Positions 8,457-17,201 of a stretch of 32,000 bases of DNA are shown here, one piece after another (the stretch's first letter is position 1; every line of letters begins with the position of its first letter). Position numbers and translations under genes: made by a program. Source of the DNA: Candidatus Thorarchaeota archaeon (GTDB lineage: Archaea; Asgardarchaeota; Thorarchaeia; Thorarchaeales; Thorarchaeaceae). The notes under the pieces are model-generated. The model saw only the letters and a program-made list of their open reading frames with translations. It did no database searches and had not been told where the DNA came from. The stretch covers positions 30,001-62,000 of the forward strand of contig SHMX01000004.1 in NCBI GenBank assembly GCA_008080745.1, given 5' to 3'.

Positions 8457-9629
8457 TTGCTAGACTCTGATGTATTAAATGAAATCCACACATTGATTGA
8501 TTTTGGTTTTCCAATGGGAGATATTGTAGCAGTTATTCCCTATGTTTTTCCATTGCTACTCTTATCGATTATTCTATTGTTATATCAACGATATATGATT
8601 CCAGATGAAATCCGTAGAAATCTGCTTGTCTTTATTGGAATATTCTCATTCACCATCGCTACACTATTGCTTCTCTATTCAGCATTTGGAGCTATGTGGT
8701 GGGGACTGGATGAGTTAACTTTTGGCTCGTGGTATCCTTTCATTGCAGCTCTCCAAGGACTGACCAACTTGATATTTGGATCTGTTTTTGGTAGTCTAGC
8801 GTATATTATTGGAATTGGAATTGGATTTTTCGTCCTTGCAAATCTTGTGATTGCTCCACCAGACCCTGACTTTGTTGGTCTTAGAGCAGAATTAAAGGAA
8901 GCAGAAGATAATATCAAAGAGCTCGAATCAGATGTTAAAAGTCTGGCCGAAGAGAAAAACAAGTTAGAAGCCGAGAATAAGAAACTAAATGAATTTCTGT
9001 CCGAGAGAGAAGAGTCTCTAAAGAAACTTCAGACTCAAGTAGAATCTCTTACAACTGAAGTGGAATCATTGAAATCTGAAGAAGGGGAACCAGTAGAAAA
9101 GGTCCCACTGGAGCAGCTTGAAACACTCAGGATGGAACTTGATCAAGCCCGTAGCGAGGCAGAGGCTGCAAAAACACAGGAACAAGAACTTCTCGAAACT
9201 GTTTCTAGAAAGGATCAGACTATCAGCACTTTACAATCTGAACTAGCTGAAGCCAAATCAACTAAAACACCAGATAGCGAAGCAACACCTCCGGTGTCTG
9301 ATGAAGTGGTCAAATCACTTAAGGAACAGTTACAATCATGTAAAGAGAAATTGGAAAACTACGCTCGTAGAGCAGAAACCGCAACCGAAGTATCTGATAG
9401 TGTAATTTCGGATCTGGTTCATTTAATATCTCAAATAGAAAGTAGTCAATTAGATGCTTCAAGTAAAGAAGTTCTAACTGACCTTGTTGAAGGACTGGGT
9501 AGATCTGTAGGTAGAGTTTCTGGTCCCCCTGGTGAGAAAGAGAAAGATGAACCCAAGATTGAGATGATTGGCGCTGTCATGATGGTTCATGAAATTGTGG
9601 ATGGTGTCAAGAAATTAACTAGAAAATAG
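8457..9629 (+). CDS. Hypothetical membrane protein: 3-4 N-terminal TM helices plus a long coiled coil
   Basis: Hydrophobic N-terminal third, then E/K/L heptads (LRAELKEAEDNIKELESDVKSL...). AGGAGG at 8444-8449 favours TTG 8457 over ATG 8415. Confidence 0.85.
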   Translation: MLDSDVLNEIHTLIDFGFPMGDIVAVIPYVFPLLLLSIILLLYQRYMIPDEIRRNLLVFIGIFSFTIATLLLLYSAFGAMWWGLDELTFGSWYPFIAALQGLTNLIFGSVFGSLAYIIGIGIGFFVLANLVIAPPDPDFVGLRAELKEAEDNIKELESDVKSLAEEKNKLEAENKKLNEFLSEREESLKKLQTQVESLTTEVESLKSEEGEPVEKVPLEQLETLRMELDQARSEAEAAKTQEQELLETVSRKDQTISTLQSELAEAKSTKTPDSEATPPVSDEVVKSLKEQLQSCKEKLENYARRAETATEVSDSVISDLVHLISQIESSQLDASSKEVLTDLVEGLGRSVGRVSGPPGEKEKDEPKIEMIGAVMMVHEIVDGVKKLTRK

Positions 9630-9660
9630 GAACAGGCTCTTCTGTTCCTCATTCCTTTTT
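9628..9660 (+). terminator. Hairpin plus T-tract
   Basis: AGGAACAG-GCTCTT-CTGTTCCT (8-bp stem, 9628-9649) followed by CATTCCTTTTT. Confidence 0.55.
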
Positions 9661-9742
9661 CTTACATTTTTAATTTCAGATTGCTTAAATTAAGGCCGGG
9701 GTTCACAACAGTATCATGGTGATGAAACTCCCTTTGAGTCGT

Positions 9743-9755
9743 AAGCTTTAATAAT
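9743..9755 (+). promoter_or_regulatory. Candidate archaeal BRE/TATA promoter
   Basis: Purine-containing AAGC followed by TTTAATAA (9747-9754), implying a start near 9778-9782. A second TATA-like TATATAAT lies at 9913-9920. Confidence 0.4.
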
Positions 9756-9789
9756 GACGAATATCTCATTTTGAATAATCACACTTTGA

Positions 9790-9915
9790 GTAGAGAACGC
9801 GGAAAGAGGAGAAAAACTTACCACGTTTATGAATTTGGTAAGTTCTGAGGTTTTGCTACCGTGTACTCGGCACACCATATGGTGTATGCCGTGTGAAACG
9901 ATGTGTGTTCTCTAT
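9790..9915 (+). ncRNA. Candidate structured leader RNA (multi-stem junction) upstream of the giant S8 protease; matches no family I recognise
   Basis: 12-bp closing stem 9790-9801/9904-9915 (3 G-U); 9-bp stem 9815-9823/9836-9844; long stem 9864-9876/9881-9895 containing the palindrome ACACCATATGGTGT. Confidence 0.4.
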
Positions 9916-9946
9916 AATATACCGAAGAGTGAGGAATGATTAAAAA

Positions 9947-12900
9947 ATGAATAAGAAGAGGATAGCTCTCGTTCTGTTCCTCGCAGCAGCCATGAGTCTT
10001 TCAATGTGTTTTGCACCCATGGTTCCTGTAGCTCAGACCGAAGAAAACGCTCTTCCATCATATACCCCTGAACAAATGCAGGAGATTGAAGACTTCTACG
10101 AGGTCGTCAATGCCCCTGACTTTAAACCAGAGGTAGACAGTCTTATCTCATCTTGGCTTGCTGGCGAAGATGTTACAGACAGACTTGTAATGCGTGATGG
10201 AATGCCAAGCGTTATGATCTACGGTACTGCAGACATGGATATGGACAGAATCGAAGAAATAGTTGAAGTCGGCTGGAAAGTCGACCTTAGAGCGTTCCGT
10301 GTTGTCAAGGCTTATCTGCCTTCAATTTCTTCTGTTGATGCACTTCTCGCATTCGATGGTGTTGCCACCATTGCAGCTAACGAGAAAGCATTCTCACACG
10401 ATGATCTTCAAAAGACCATCGATGTTGCACCACCAACCGAACCAGGTTTGGATATGGAGCAAGTAGCAGAAATTGTAAACGCAGATGACATGTGGGCAGA
10501 TTACACCGGTGACGGTGTAACAGTAGGCCACGTTGACACAGGATGTGACTTTGGTCACCCCGCTCTACAACACGCATATCACGGAGATACCTATGACCCA
10601 ACCGGTTATGGAATCGTACCCACTTTCTACCATGCTAACTCCACTGACGTGTCCAATGTGACCGAGTGGCTTGCAGGTGGTAATCTACTTACCTACGTAA
10701 GTGGTGGTAAGACCTACGTCAATACTACTGGCTGGGATCCACTGCTAAACATGCAGGGTAGCGGACGCCATCTTATGGGACTTTTGCCTCCTTATGGTGA
10801 TGGTTACCCATATGGTTCTGTTATTGGATTCATCGGTCTATATGAATGGGCATGGGGTATTTCCAATGCATCCGAGTTTATTGCAAATGAAATCTGGGAT
10901 GACTGGGAACTACCAACTGGTATTACCGGTAACTACAGTCTTGGTTGGGTTTACCAACAGAGATACAGTCCCTACACGAAGATGTTCGCTCCCGCACTCG
11001 TCTTTGATGACGGTGGCGACTGGCAACTTGTCATTGACTGGGAAGGTGCCGAAGGATGGACAGCTATGTGGAATGGTGCTATCTACTGGGAGAGTCTTGA
11101 TCTCAACGACACAGCCGATAGAAGCATGCTAGTGGACTTGTTTGACTGGAGCTTCGCAGATGATTATGCTGAAGGCGATGTCTACAACCTAGCAGATCCC
11201 ATTGTCGCAGAAGACATTGACGCTGATGGAATCGACGATCTAAGCCTTGGAGCACTGTCATGGACCTATGACGATGCTGGCTGGTTCGCTGATGAAGTCA
11301 TGTTCAAAGGATTCCGCTCAGATGGTGACGCAATCTCATTGTACTATGACCATGGTACTCACGGTACCGCTACTGCAGCACACGTTGCAGCTCGCGATTC
11401 TACCGCAAAGTACTATCAAGCAGACAATGACATGTACGTCAACTTCACTGGTATTGCACCAGATGCAAAACTCCTATCAGTTAACACAATCGTAGGTGGT
11501 GCTAGTGATTATGGTGGTTATCTGTGGATTTGTGGTTTCGACTACAATGCCACATCAGATACATTCTACTATAACGCAACCAGCACACACCAATCAGATC
11601 TAACAACAAACTCTTGGGGATGGATTACCGAACCAAGCAGTGAGTTCAACTACTTATCACTAACATGGACAGTTCTATCCGTTCCTGGTTTCCTTGATCC
11701 TGCTTATCCAGGCGTACTACACGTCTTCTCAGCAGGTAACGAGGGTGCAGGTTTCATGACTGGCGGTCCACCAGGCTCAAGCCCAGGTGTCCTTACAGTT
11801 GGTGCCTCCACAGCTAGTAAATGGCTAGGTTACTTGTACGGACCAACACAACCATACGCAAATGCACTTGCTAGTTTCACAAGCAAAGGACCTAACTTCT
11901 CTGGCTATCCAAAGCCTGATGTTGTAGCTCCTGGTCTTGCTGACTACTCAGCTAACCCATGGTATGGTCAATGGCTCGGACAGTATTACTACCCAAGTCC
12001 TTACGGATTTGCTCCAATTGCTAACACCACTCTATTCAGTGGTACAAGCCAAGCAGCTCCAATCGCAGCTGGTGTCGCAGCTCTTGTTGTTGAGGCAGCT
12101 GGTAGCGCACTCGCTCCATCTCGTATCAAATCAATATTACAGGGTACTGCTGACGATCTTGGTTACGATCCTGCAACACAGGGATTCGGTCTTGTTAACG
12201 CAGTCGAAGCTTGTGGTTTCGCAGACGGAACTGGAACCAACTACATTGGAGAAACCATGGATTCATTCAATAACATCGCAATGATGCTAGATGATGCATG
12301 GAACTACTGGGGTATGCTCTCAGGAATGGGTGCTACTGTAAACAAGACAACCACAGATCATCCACGTGATGTCAACGATGGCTCCATATTCTTTGGATAT
12401 GCTATGCCTGGTGACACAGTATCAGTTGGTTACAAGATTTATGACGCTGGCGATCCAGTAACGGTTGTAGGCGGTACGGGTATTGAAGCTGCTGTCCAAT
12501 ATGTTTGGGCTGAACAATACTCATTCCAAGGAACTACCTTCTGGTACAATGATACTGCAACTAACCCTGCTGGTAACATGATGTACGGGTACTATAATAT
12601 CAGTGCTGAAGTCAGTGATCCTGCCTTTGATACTGCTCTCGATACTTACAATTACATGACTGTAGTTGTAGGATTTGATGCAGCAGATGTCGCAGGTGCT
12701 GAACCATGGATGTTCCTCTATGATTGGGAGGATGTCAATGGAGATACTATGCCTAATGGCTACAACATGACCCTTGATGAGGGTGATGAGCTTGATAGGC
12801 TGACCAGTGCAAGTGATCCAAGCAACGTCAACATGATGCCCTATGCGGTTAATCCATCGGGTGATTTGAATGACAATCACGGATCAAACTTCACACTAGT

Positions 12901-14704
12901 TATCCATGACCCAGTTCATGATGCCAATGCATCTGCCCCAGGTAATGACTTCACTTGTACAGTCATCTTCTGGGATCGCGCCGATGTAACTTCTACTTTC
13001 ACCATCACTGATGATGATGGAGTTCCAAATACTTACAACATATCTACCACTCTCCCCGCAGATTTATCTGCAGGAATTCACCAGGGGTACTTTGAATTAA
13101 TTGCCTTTGGTCTAACTATTCCATGGAGTGTCAATGTTGTAGCTAACATCACTGAGGATGCTGGAGAAATCAACACAATTGTTGATGGATTTGGCGAGTC
13201 TCTCCACCCATACGACGCACCAATGTACGGATGCATGGGTGAAGATCCAGATGATTGGGACTTCAGAAGCTTTACTGTCTTCAACAACCACACTACAGCA
13301 GACTATCTCGGTGTACGTGTCGAGTGGCCAACTTTGGACAACGCAATGTACGTCGATGTTATAGGCAACAATGGTCTATCTCTCGCTCACAACAGCGCAG
13401 AAACAATCAATAGCACAGCAGTTATTGCTGATATCTCCAACATTGGTACTGGATACTATCACATCTTCCTTCACGCTACTGCTCTCAATGGAGTAGCTGA
13501 TCTACCCGGTAATTACACCGTAGAGGTCATATGGTACGAGGATGTAACTGATTCAGATGTCATCCTAACTTGGTCATCTGTCGATGATCCAGCTGGTGGC
13601 ACCTTCCAAGATGGAGATACGCTATCTGGAGACCATGTAACCCTGAACGCAACCTATGCACCATTCGAACTATCCAATATGCCCGAGTTTGAAGTAGCTG
13701 GCATGTCCATGTCACTTCTCTCAGGTGTATACGCAGTTCAGACTGGTACCCTCGTTATCCCTGACGGTTCCTATGATCCATTCAGTGGAGCTATCGACAC
13801 AACCCAATTCGCTTGGGAGTATGTCGCAGGAATCAAGAATGGCGATACAGTTGATATGGTCGTAGACTTTACTAACGGTGACTGTGACATCATGGTATGG
13901 TGGGCAGACACTGACAACTCATCTTGGACCTATGGTAACAACCTCATGGCAGATGACATGGCAACTGGTGACCATCCAGAGGTCGGACAATTCACTGCCA
14001 ACCGTGACGGAACCCTTGCTGTTGGTGTATTCTGTTATGACTTACAGGCTGGTACCTATGAGGTAGAGGTCGACACTAGAACTGGCAAGACCGAATCTTC
14101 AACAACTAATACAGTGTTATTCGACACTTATCAGATGTACAAGAACGGTGACTTCCAGATCAAGATTACTGCAGAAACTGATACCAACATTGGTTACTCA
14201 GTTAATCTTGCAGCAGTCACTCTCGTCAACCTCCACGCACCAGAACTCTCGAACATTACTGTTTCTGGAACTGGCGCTGTGAAGACAATTGATTGGGAAG
14301 TTACTGACCTCAACGCCAATGACGAGCATATCTACGAGCTATACCTGTCACAAGATGGCGGTACAACCTATCAGCTACTTGCTTCAGGATTCAAGGATAG
14401 TGAATACAGCTGGGACTCTGAAGGTTTCATTGAACGTGATACCTACAAGATCCAAGTAGTTGTAGTCGACAACGATACTGTTGAACAGCCCGCTGGGTTT
14501 GAATACTGGCCAGGTCTCTCTGACGAGATCGAGTCCGAAACCTTCTCAGCAGGTACTGAAGAAGCACCACCTACTGAAACTACCACAACTACCACCCCAC
14601 CACCCACTGCACCACCTATTGATGTGCTGTGGATTGGTCTATTCGGCGGTATTGGTGTAGGTGTAGTTATCGTTCTGATCCTTTACTTGGTCAAGAAGAA
14701 ATAA
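9947..14704 (+). CDS. Giant (1585 aa) cell-surface S8 serine protease, pyrolysin/STABLE-like, C-terminal TM anchor
   Basis: Sec signal MNKKRIALVLFLAAA; D197 (GHVDTG), H472 (HGTHGT), SAGNEG, SGTSQAAP; about 240-aa insert between D and H; about 25 N-X-S/T sequons; Pro/Thr linker; TM plus KKK. Confidence 0.92.
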   Translation: MNKKRIALVLFLAAAMSLSMCFAPMVPVAQTEENALPSYTPEQMQEIEDFYEVVNAPDFKPEVDSLISSWLAGEDVTDRLVMRDGMPSVMIYGTADMDMDRIEEIVEVGWKVDLRAFRVVKAYLPSISSVDALLAFDGVATIAANEKAFSHDDLQKTIDVAPPTEPGLDMEQVAEIVNADDMWADYTGDGVTVGHVDTGCDFGHPALQHAYHGDTYDPTGYGIVPTFYHANSTDVSNVTEWLAGGNLLTYVSGGKTYVNTTGWDPLLNMQGSGRHLMGLLPPYGDGYPYGSVIGFIGLYEWAWGISNASEFIANEIWDDWELPTGITGNYSLGWVYQQRYSPYTKMFAPALVFDDGGDWQLVIDWEGAEGWTAMWNGAIYWESLDLNDTADRSMLVDLFDWSFADDYAEGDVYNLADPIVAEDIDADGIDDLSLGALSWTYDDAGWFADEVMFKGFRSDGDAISLYYDHGTHGTATAAHVAARDSTAKYYQADNDMYVNFTGIAPDAKLLSVNTIVGGASDYGGYLWICGFDYNATSDTFYYNATSTHQSDLTTNSWGWITEPSSEFNYLSLTWTVLSVPGFLDPAYPGVLHVFSAGNEGAGFMTGGPPGSSPGVLTVGASTASKWLGYLYGPTQPYANALASFTSKGPNFSGYPKPDVVAPGLADYSANPWYGQWLGQYYYPSPYGFAPIANTTLFSGTSQAAPIAAGVAALVVEAAGSALAPSRIKSILQGTADDLGYDPATQGFGLVNAVEACGFADGTGTNYIGETMDSFNNIAMMLDDAWNYWGMLSGMGATVNKTTTDHPRDVNDGSIFFGYAMPGDTVSVGYKIYDAGDPVTVVGGTGIEAAVQYVWAEQYSFQGTTFWYNDTATNPAGNMMYGYYNISAEVSDPAFDTALDTYNYMTVVVGFDAADVAGAEPWMFLYDWEDVNGDTMPNGYNMTLDEGDELDRLTSASDPSNVNMMPYAVNPSGDLNDNHGSNFTLVIHDPVHDANASAPGNDFTCTVIFWDRADVTSTFTITDDDGVPNTYNISTTLPADLSAGIHQGYFELIAFGLTIPWSVNVVANITEDAGEINTIVDGFGESLHPYDAPMYGCMGEDPDDWDFRSFTVFNNHTTADYLGVRVEWPTLDNAMYVDVIGNNGLSLAHNSAETINSTAVIADISNIGTGYYHIFLHATALNGVADLPGNYTVEVIWYEDVTDSDVILTWSSVDDPAGGTFQDGDTLSGDHVTLNATYAPFELSNMPEFEVAGMSMSLLSGVYAVQTGTLVIPDGSYDPFSGAIDTTQFAWEYVAGIKNGDTVDMVVDFTNGDCDIMVWWADTDNSSWTYGNNLMADDMATGDHPEVGQFTANRDGTLAVGVFCYDLQAGTYEVEVDTRTGKTESSTTNTVLFDTYQMYKNGDFQIKITAETDTNIGYSVNLAAVTLVNLHAPELSNITVSGTGAVKTIDWEVTDLNANDEHIYELYLSQDGGTTYQLLASGFKDSEYSWDSEGFIERDTYKIQVVVVDNDTVEQPAGFEYWPGLSDEIESETFSAGTEEAPPTETTTTTTPPPTAPPIDVLWIGLFGGIGVGVVIVLILYLVKKK

Positions 14705-14717
14705 GCTACAGTTTAAT

Positions 14718-14749
14718 GGGGACTTTTGTCCCCTACACTTTCTTTTTTT
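14718..14749 (+). terminator. Hairpin plus T-tract
   Basis: GGGGAC-TTTT-GTCCCC (14718-14733) followed by TACACTTTCTTTTTTT. Confidence 0.6.
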
Positions 14750-14811
14750 ATCTAATTCCTAAAATGAGTAAACTAGTTCTTCATACTCCTATGACAGATT
14801 CTAAAATTTGA

Positions 14812-15360
14812 TTATTTTACTAGTTTCTCTCTACTTACAATATCCTTTAACGGCCTTCTTGGTCTTTTGTCAGGCATTTCTTCGCCAGAATATTCTGGAA
14901 CTCCTATTGGTATTATAGCGACGGGTCTCATAGTATGAGGTATTTCTAGGGTTTTCACAACACTATCTTCGTCAAAAGCTCCAATCCAGACAGAACCATA
15001 GTTCATACAATGGGCTGCTAGGAGAATATTCTCGGCAAGAGCTGCAGTATCTTGATATACATAGAGGTTCATTCCTCGTTCTCCATATCTCTCTGCAGAC
15101 TCACTTGGAACCGCACAAATCACAATAACTACAGGAGCTTTGGCAAGAAAACTTTGATTAAATGCATTTTCTGCCAGCTTCATCTTAGTTTCAGAATTCT
15201 CTACAACTATTATTCGCCAAGGTTGTCTATTACCAGCACTTGGAGCACTTATTCCAACTTGTAGTATTTTTTCTATATCTTCTTCTGGAATCTCTTGATC
15301 TTTGAACTTTCTAACTGAGATACGACTGGTTATAACGTCCAATAATTCTCTATTATCCAT
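14812..15360 (-). CDS. Nitroreductase family flavoprotein
   Basis: RISVRKF, APSAGNRQPWR, AAENILLAAH..GSVWIG motifs. Confidence 0.92.
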   Translation of the reverse strand: MDNRELLDVITSRISVRKFKDQEIPEEDIEKILQVGISAPSAGNRQPWRIIVVENSETKMKLAENAFNQSFLAKAPVVIVICAVPSESAERYGERGMNLYVYQDTAALAENILLAAHCMNYGSVWIGAFDEDSVVKTLEIPHTMRPVAIIPIGVPEYSGEEMPDKRPRRPLKDIVSREKLVK

Positions 15361-15437
15361 TGTTAGGCACTCTCATCTATACATATACCCGCAGTCTCAA
15401 ATCTATCTTTCGAAATCATTCTAATGTAATATGAGAA

Positions 15438-16448
15438 TCATTGTTTTGATTGTACCAGTACTTGTGGATTTACAAGGTTGTCTGGTATTTCATCACTCAA
15501 TCCTTGAATCATATTACGGGCACATATTTCAGCCATTTTCGCTCGGGTAGAAAAACTAGCACTACCGATATGAGGTGCAAGAACCACATTAGTAAGCTTA
15601 AGCAGTTTGCTATCACTTTCTAAAGGTTCTTCTTGAAAGACATCCAATCCCGCTGAGAAAAGGTGCCCTCGTTCTAATGCTTCTATCAGTGCCCTCTGGT
15701 CTACTACTGCTCCTCTTGAGGTGTTGATGAGAATTGATCCTTTCGGCATCATTGCTATTTGTTCATTCCCAATCATTCCTTCAGTTTCATCTGTAAGGGG
15801 GACATGGAGTGTTACAATATCTGATTTTCTCAGCAATTCTTCTAGTTCACATGGCTCTGCACCAAGCTCGTCTTCAACGACTCTTGTTAGTTCAGTTTCA
15901 GATTTACTAGAATAAATGACTTTCATTGAGAAACCCTTAGCTCTTTTTGCCACTGCTGTTCCGATTCTCCCCAAGCCAACAATTCCAAGCGTTGCCCCAT
16001 AAATATCCTTACCAAGAAGCATCTCAGGACCCCAGGCCACTTTCCATTCCCCTTCTCGAACATATCTATCAGCTTCAGGTATTCTTCTCGCTGACGCAAA
16101 TATCAACGCCCAAGTCAAATCCGCAGTAGTTTCGGTCAAAACTCCAGGTGTATTGGAAACTAGTATCCCTTCTTCTGTTGCAGCTTCAATATCGATATTG
16201 TCATATCCTACTGCATATTGAGCTATCATTTTTAATCTTGGTAGCTGTTCAATGAGCTCTTTATTGATAGGGTCAGATAATAGCGTGATAAGACCATGAC
16301 AATTCTTTGCTCGTCTTATAATTTCTTCAGAAGAAGGTGGTTGTTGTTCCTTCCAAATATCCACTGCGAATTCTTTTTTTAGCATCTCTAGACCTATTTC
16401 GGGTATCTTTCTTGTTACAAAGATTCTATCAACCAATCTAACCACCAT
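15438..16448 (-). CDS. gyaR: D-glycerate dehydrogenase / glyoxylate reductase (D-2-hydroxyacid dehydrogenase)
   Basis: AVGYDNID, NTPGVLTETTAD, GIVGLGRIG, INTSRGAVVD, AGLDVF..EP, PHIGSAS. Confidence 0.9.
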   Translation of the reverse strand: MVVRLVDRIFVTRKIPEIGLEMLKKEFAVDIWKEQQPPSSEEIIRRAKNCHGLITLLSDPINKELIEQLPRLKMIAQYAVGYDNIDIEAATEEGILVSNTPGVLTETTADLTWALIFASARRIPEADRYVREGEWKVAWGPEMLLGKDIYGATLGIVGLGRIGTAVAKRAKGFSMKVIYSSKSETELTRVVEDELGAEPCELEELLRKSDIVTLHVPLTDETEGMIGNEQIAMMPKGSILINTSRGAVVDQRALIEALERGHLFSAGLDVFQEEPLESDSKLLKLTNVVLAPHIGSASFSTRAKMAEICARNMIQGLSDEIPDNLVNPQVLVQSKQ

Positions 16449-16530
16449 GCTTATTTACTAAAAGTATTTGAACGAATAATCAGAGATTAAGGATGTTCAT
16501 AATGATTTCGAGAGTATGGATATTTTGCTC

Positions 16531-16562
16531 TATCAAAAATGGGTAACTTTCCTTTTTTGATA
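16531..16562. promoter_or_regulatory. Inverted repeat, candidate operator in the gyaR / wHTH divergent region
   Basis: TATCAAAAA-N14-TTTTTGATA, perfect 9-bp arms. Confidence 0.4.
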
Positions 16563-16655
16563 TGGCATGCGGTGAACCGTTTCCTTATATTAGAAATCTT
16601 CGGAATATACATATGGTATAGTCTGTCCAAAGGCTCTACGGTGGTGAAGTAAGAA

Positions 16656-16922
16656 ATGTCCCTCGATCTACCCAGAAGCGCTATTCTCGTGCTCGACCGT
16701 CTTGCGTCGGAAGGGCCAATGACCCCTAAAGACATTAGTAATAAGGTAGATTTGGCTCCACGAACAATCAGTTTTGCTCTAAGAAAATTATTAGGTCAAA
16801 AACTGTGTAGGAAAATACCGAACTTACAAGACATGCGCCAACCTCTATATATGGCAGACCCAGACAAGGCAAGAGAACTTAGAATGAAATATGAGCATAT
16901 ATTCCGTCAAGTTCTGATCTAA
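16656..16922 (+). CDS. Small winged-helix (MarR/ArsR-like) transcriptional regulator
   Basis: GPMTPKDISNKVDLAPRTISFALRKL helix-turn-helix and IPNLQDMRQPLY wing; SD GGTGA upstream. Confidence 0.8.
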   Translation: MSLDLPRSAILVLDRLASEGPMTPKDISNKVDLAPRTISFALRKLLGQKLCRKIPNLQDMRQPLYMADPDKARELRMKYEHIFRQVLI

Positions 16923-17015
16923 ACGGAATGTTAGCTCTCCCTTCTTTATGTTCACTAATCATCAGCATTACAATTAATAATAAGAAGTTCAATTCACAAA
17001 TCAGAGTTGATAGAT

Positions 17016-17201
17016 ATGGCACACGAGGGACTTACTCTGGCGTTTGTGATAATGGGAATTCTGCTTATTGTCGGTTACCAATTTGGACCAAATCAAGAAG
17101 TACGTGAAGTAAAACGACTTGAGGCAAAAGTCATGCTAATTCCTTCTGCAATAATTCTTTTTGTATTAGCCGCTATTGTCTTTTCTGGGATTCTCGGTTA
17201 G
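17016..17201 (+). CDS. Small two-TM membrane protein, unknown function
   Basis: Two hydrophobic segments separated by a charged loop. SD-like GAGTTGA favours ATG 17016 over TTG 17007. Confidence 0.65.
   Translation: MAHEGLTLAFVIMGILLIVGYQFGPNQEVREVKRLEAKVMLIPSAIILFVLAAIVFSGILG

Noticed and set aside
9719-9848. C/D box sRNA (GTGATGA at 9719-9725, CTGA at 9845-9848)
   Set aside because: The spacing of about 130 nt is too long for a typical archaeal C/D RNA, and internal D'/C' candidates are degenerate.
9845-9903. Hammerhead-like CTGAG...GAAAC core in the structured leader
   Set aside because: The sequence is CUGAGGU rather than CUGANGA, and there is no NUH cleavage triplet or stem III partner in the required position.
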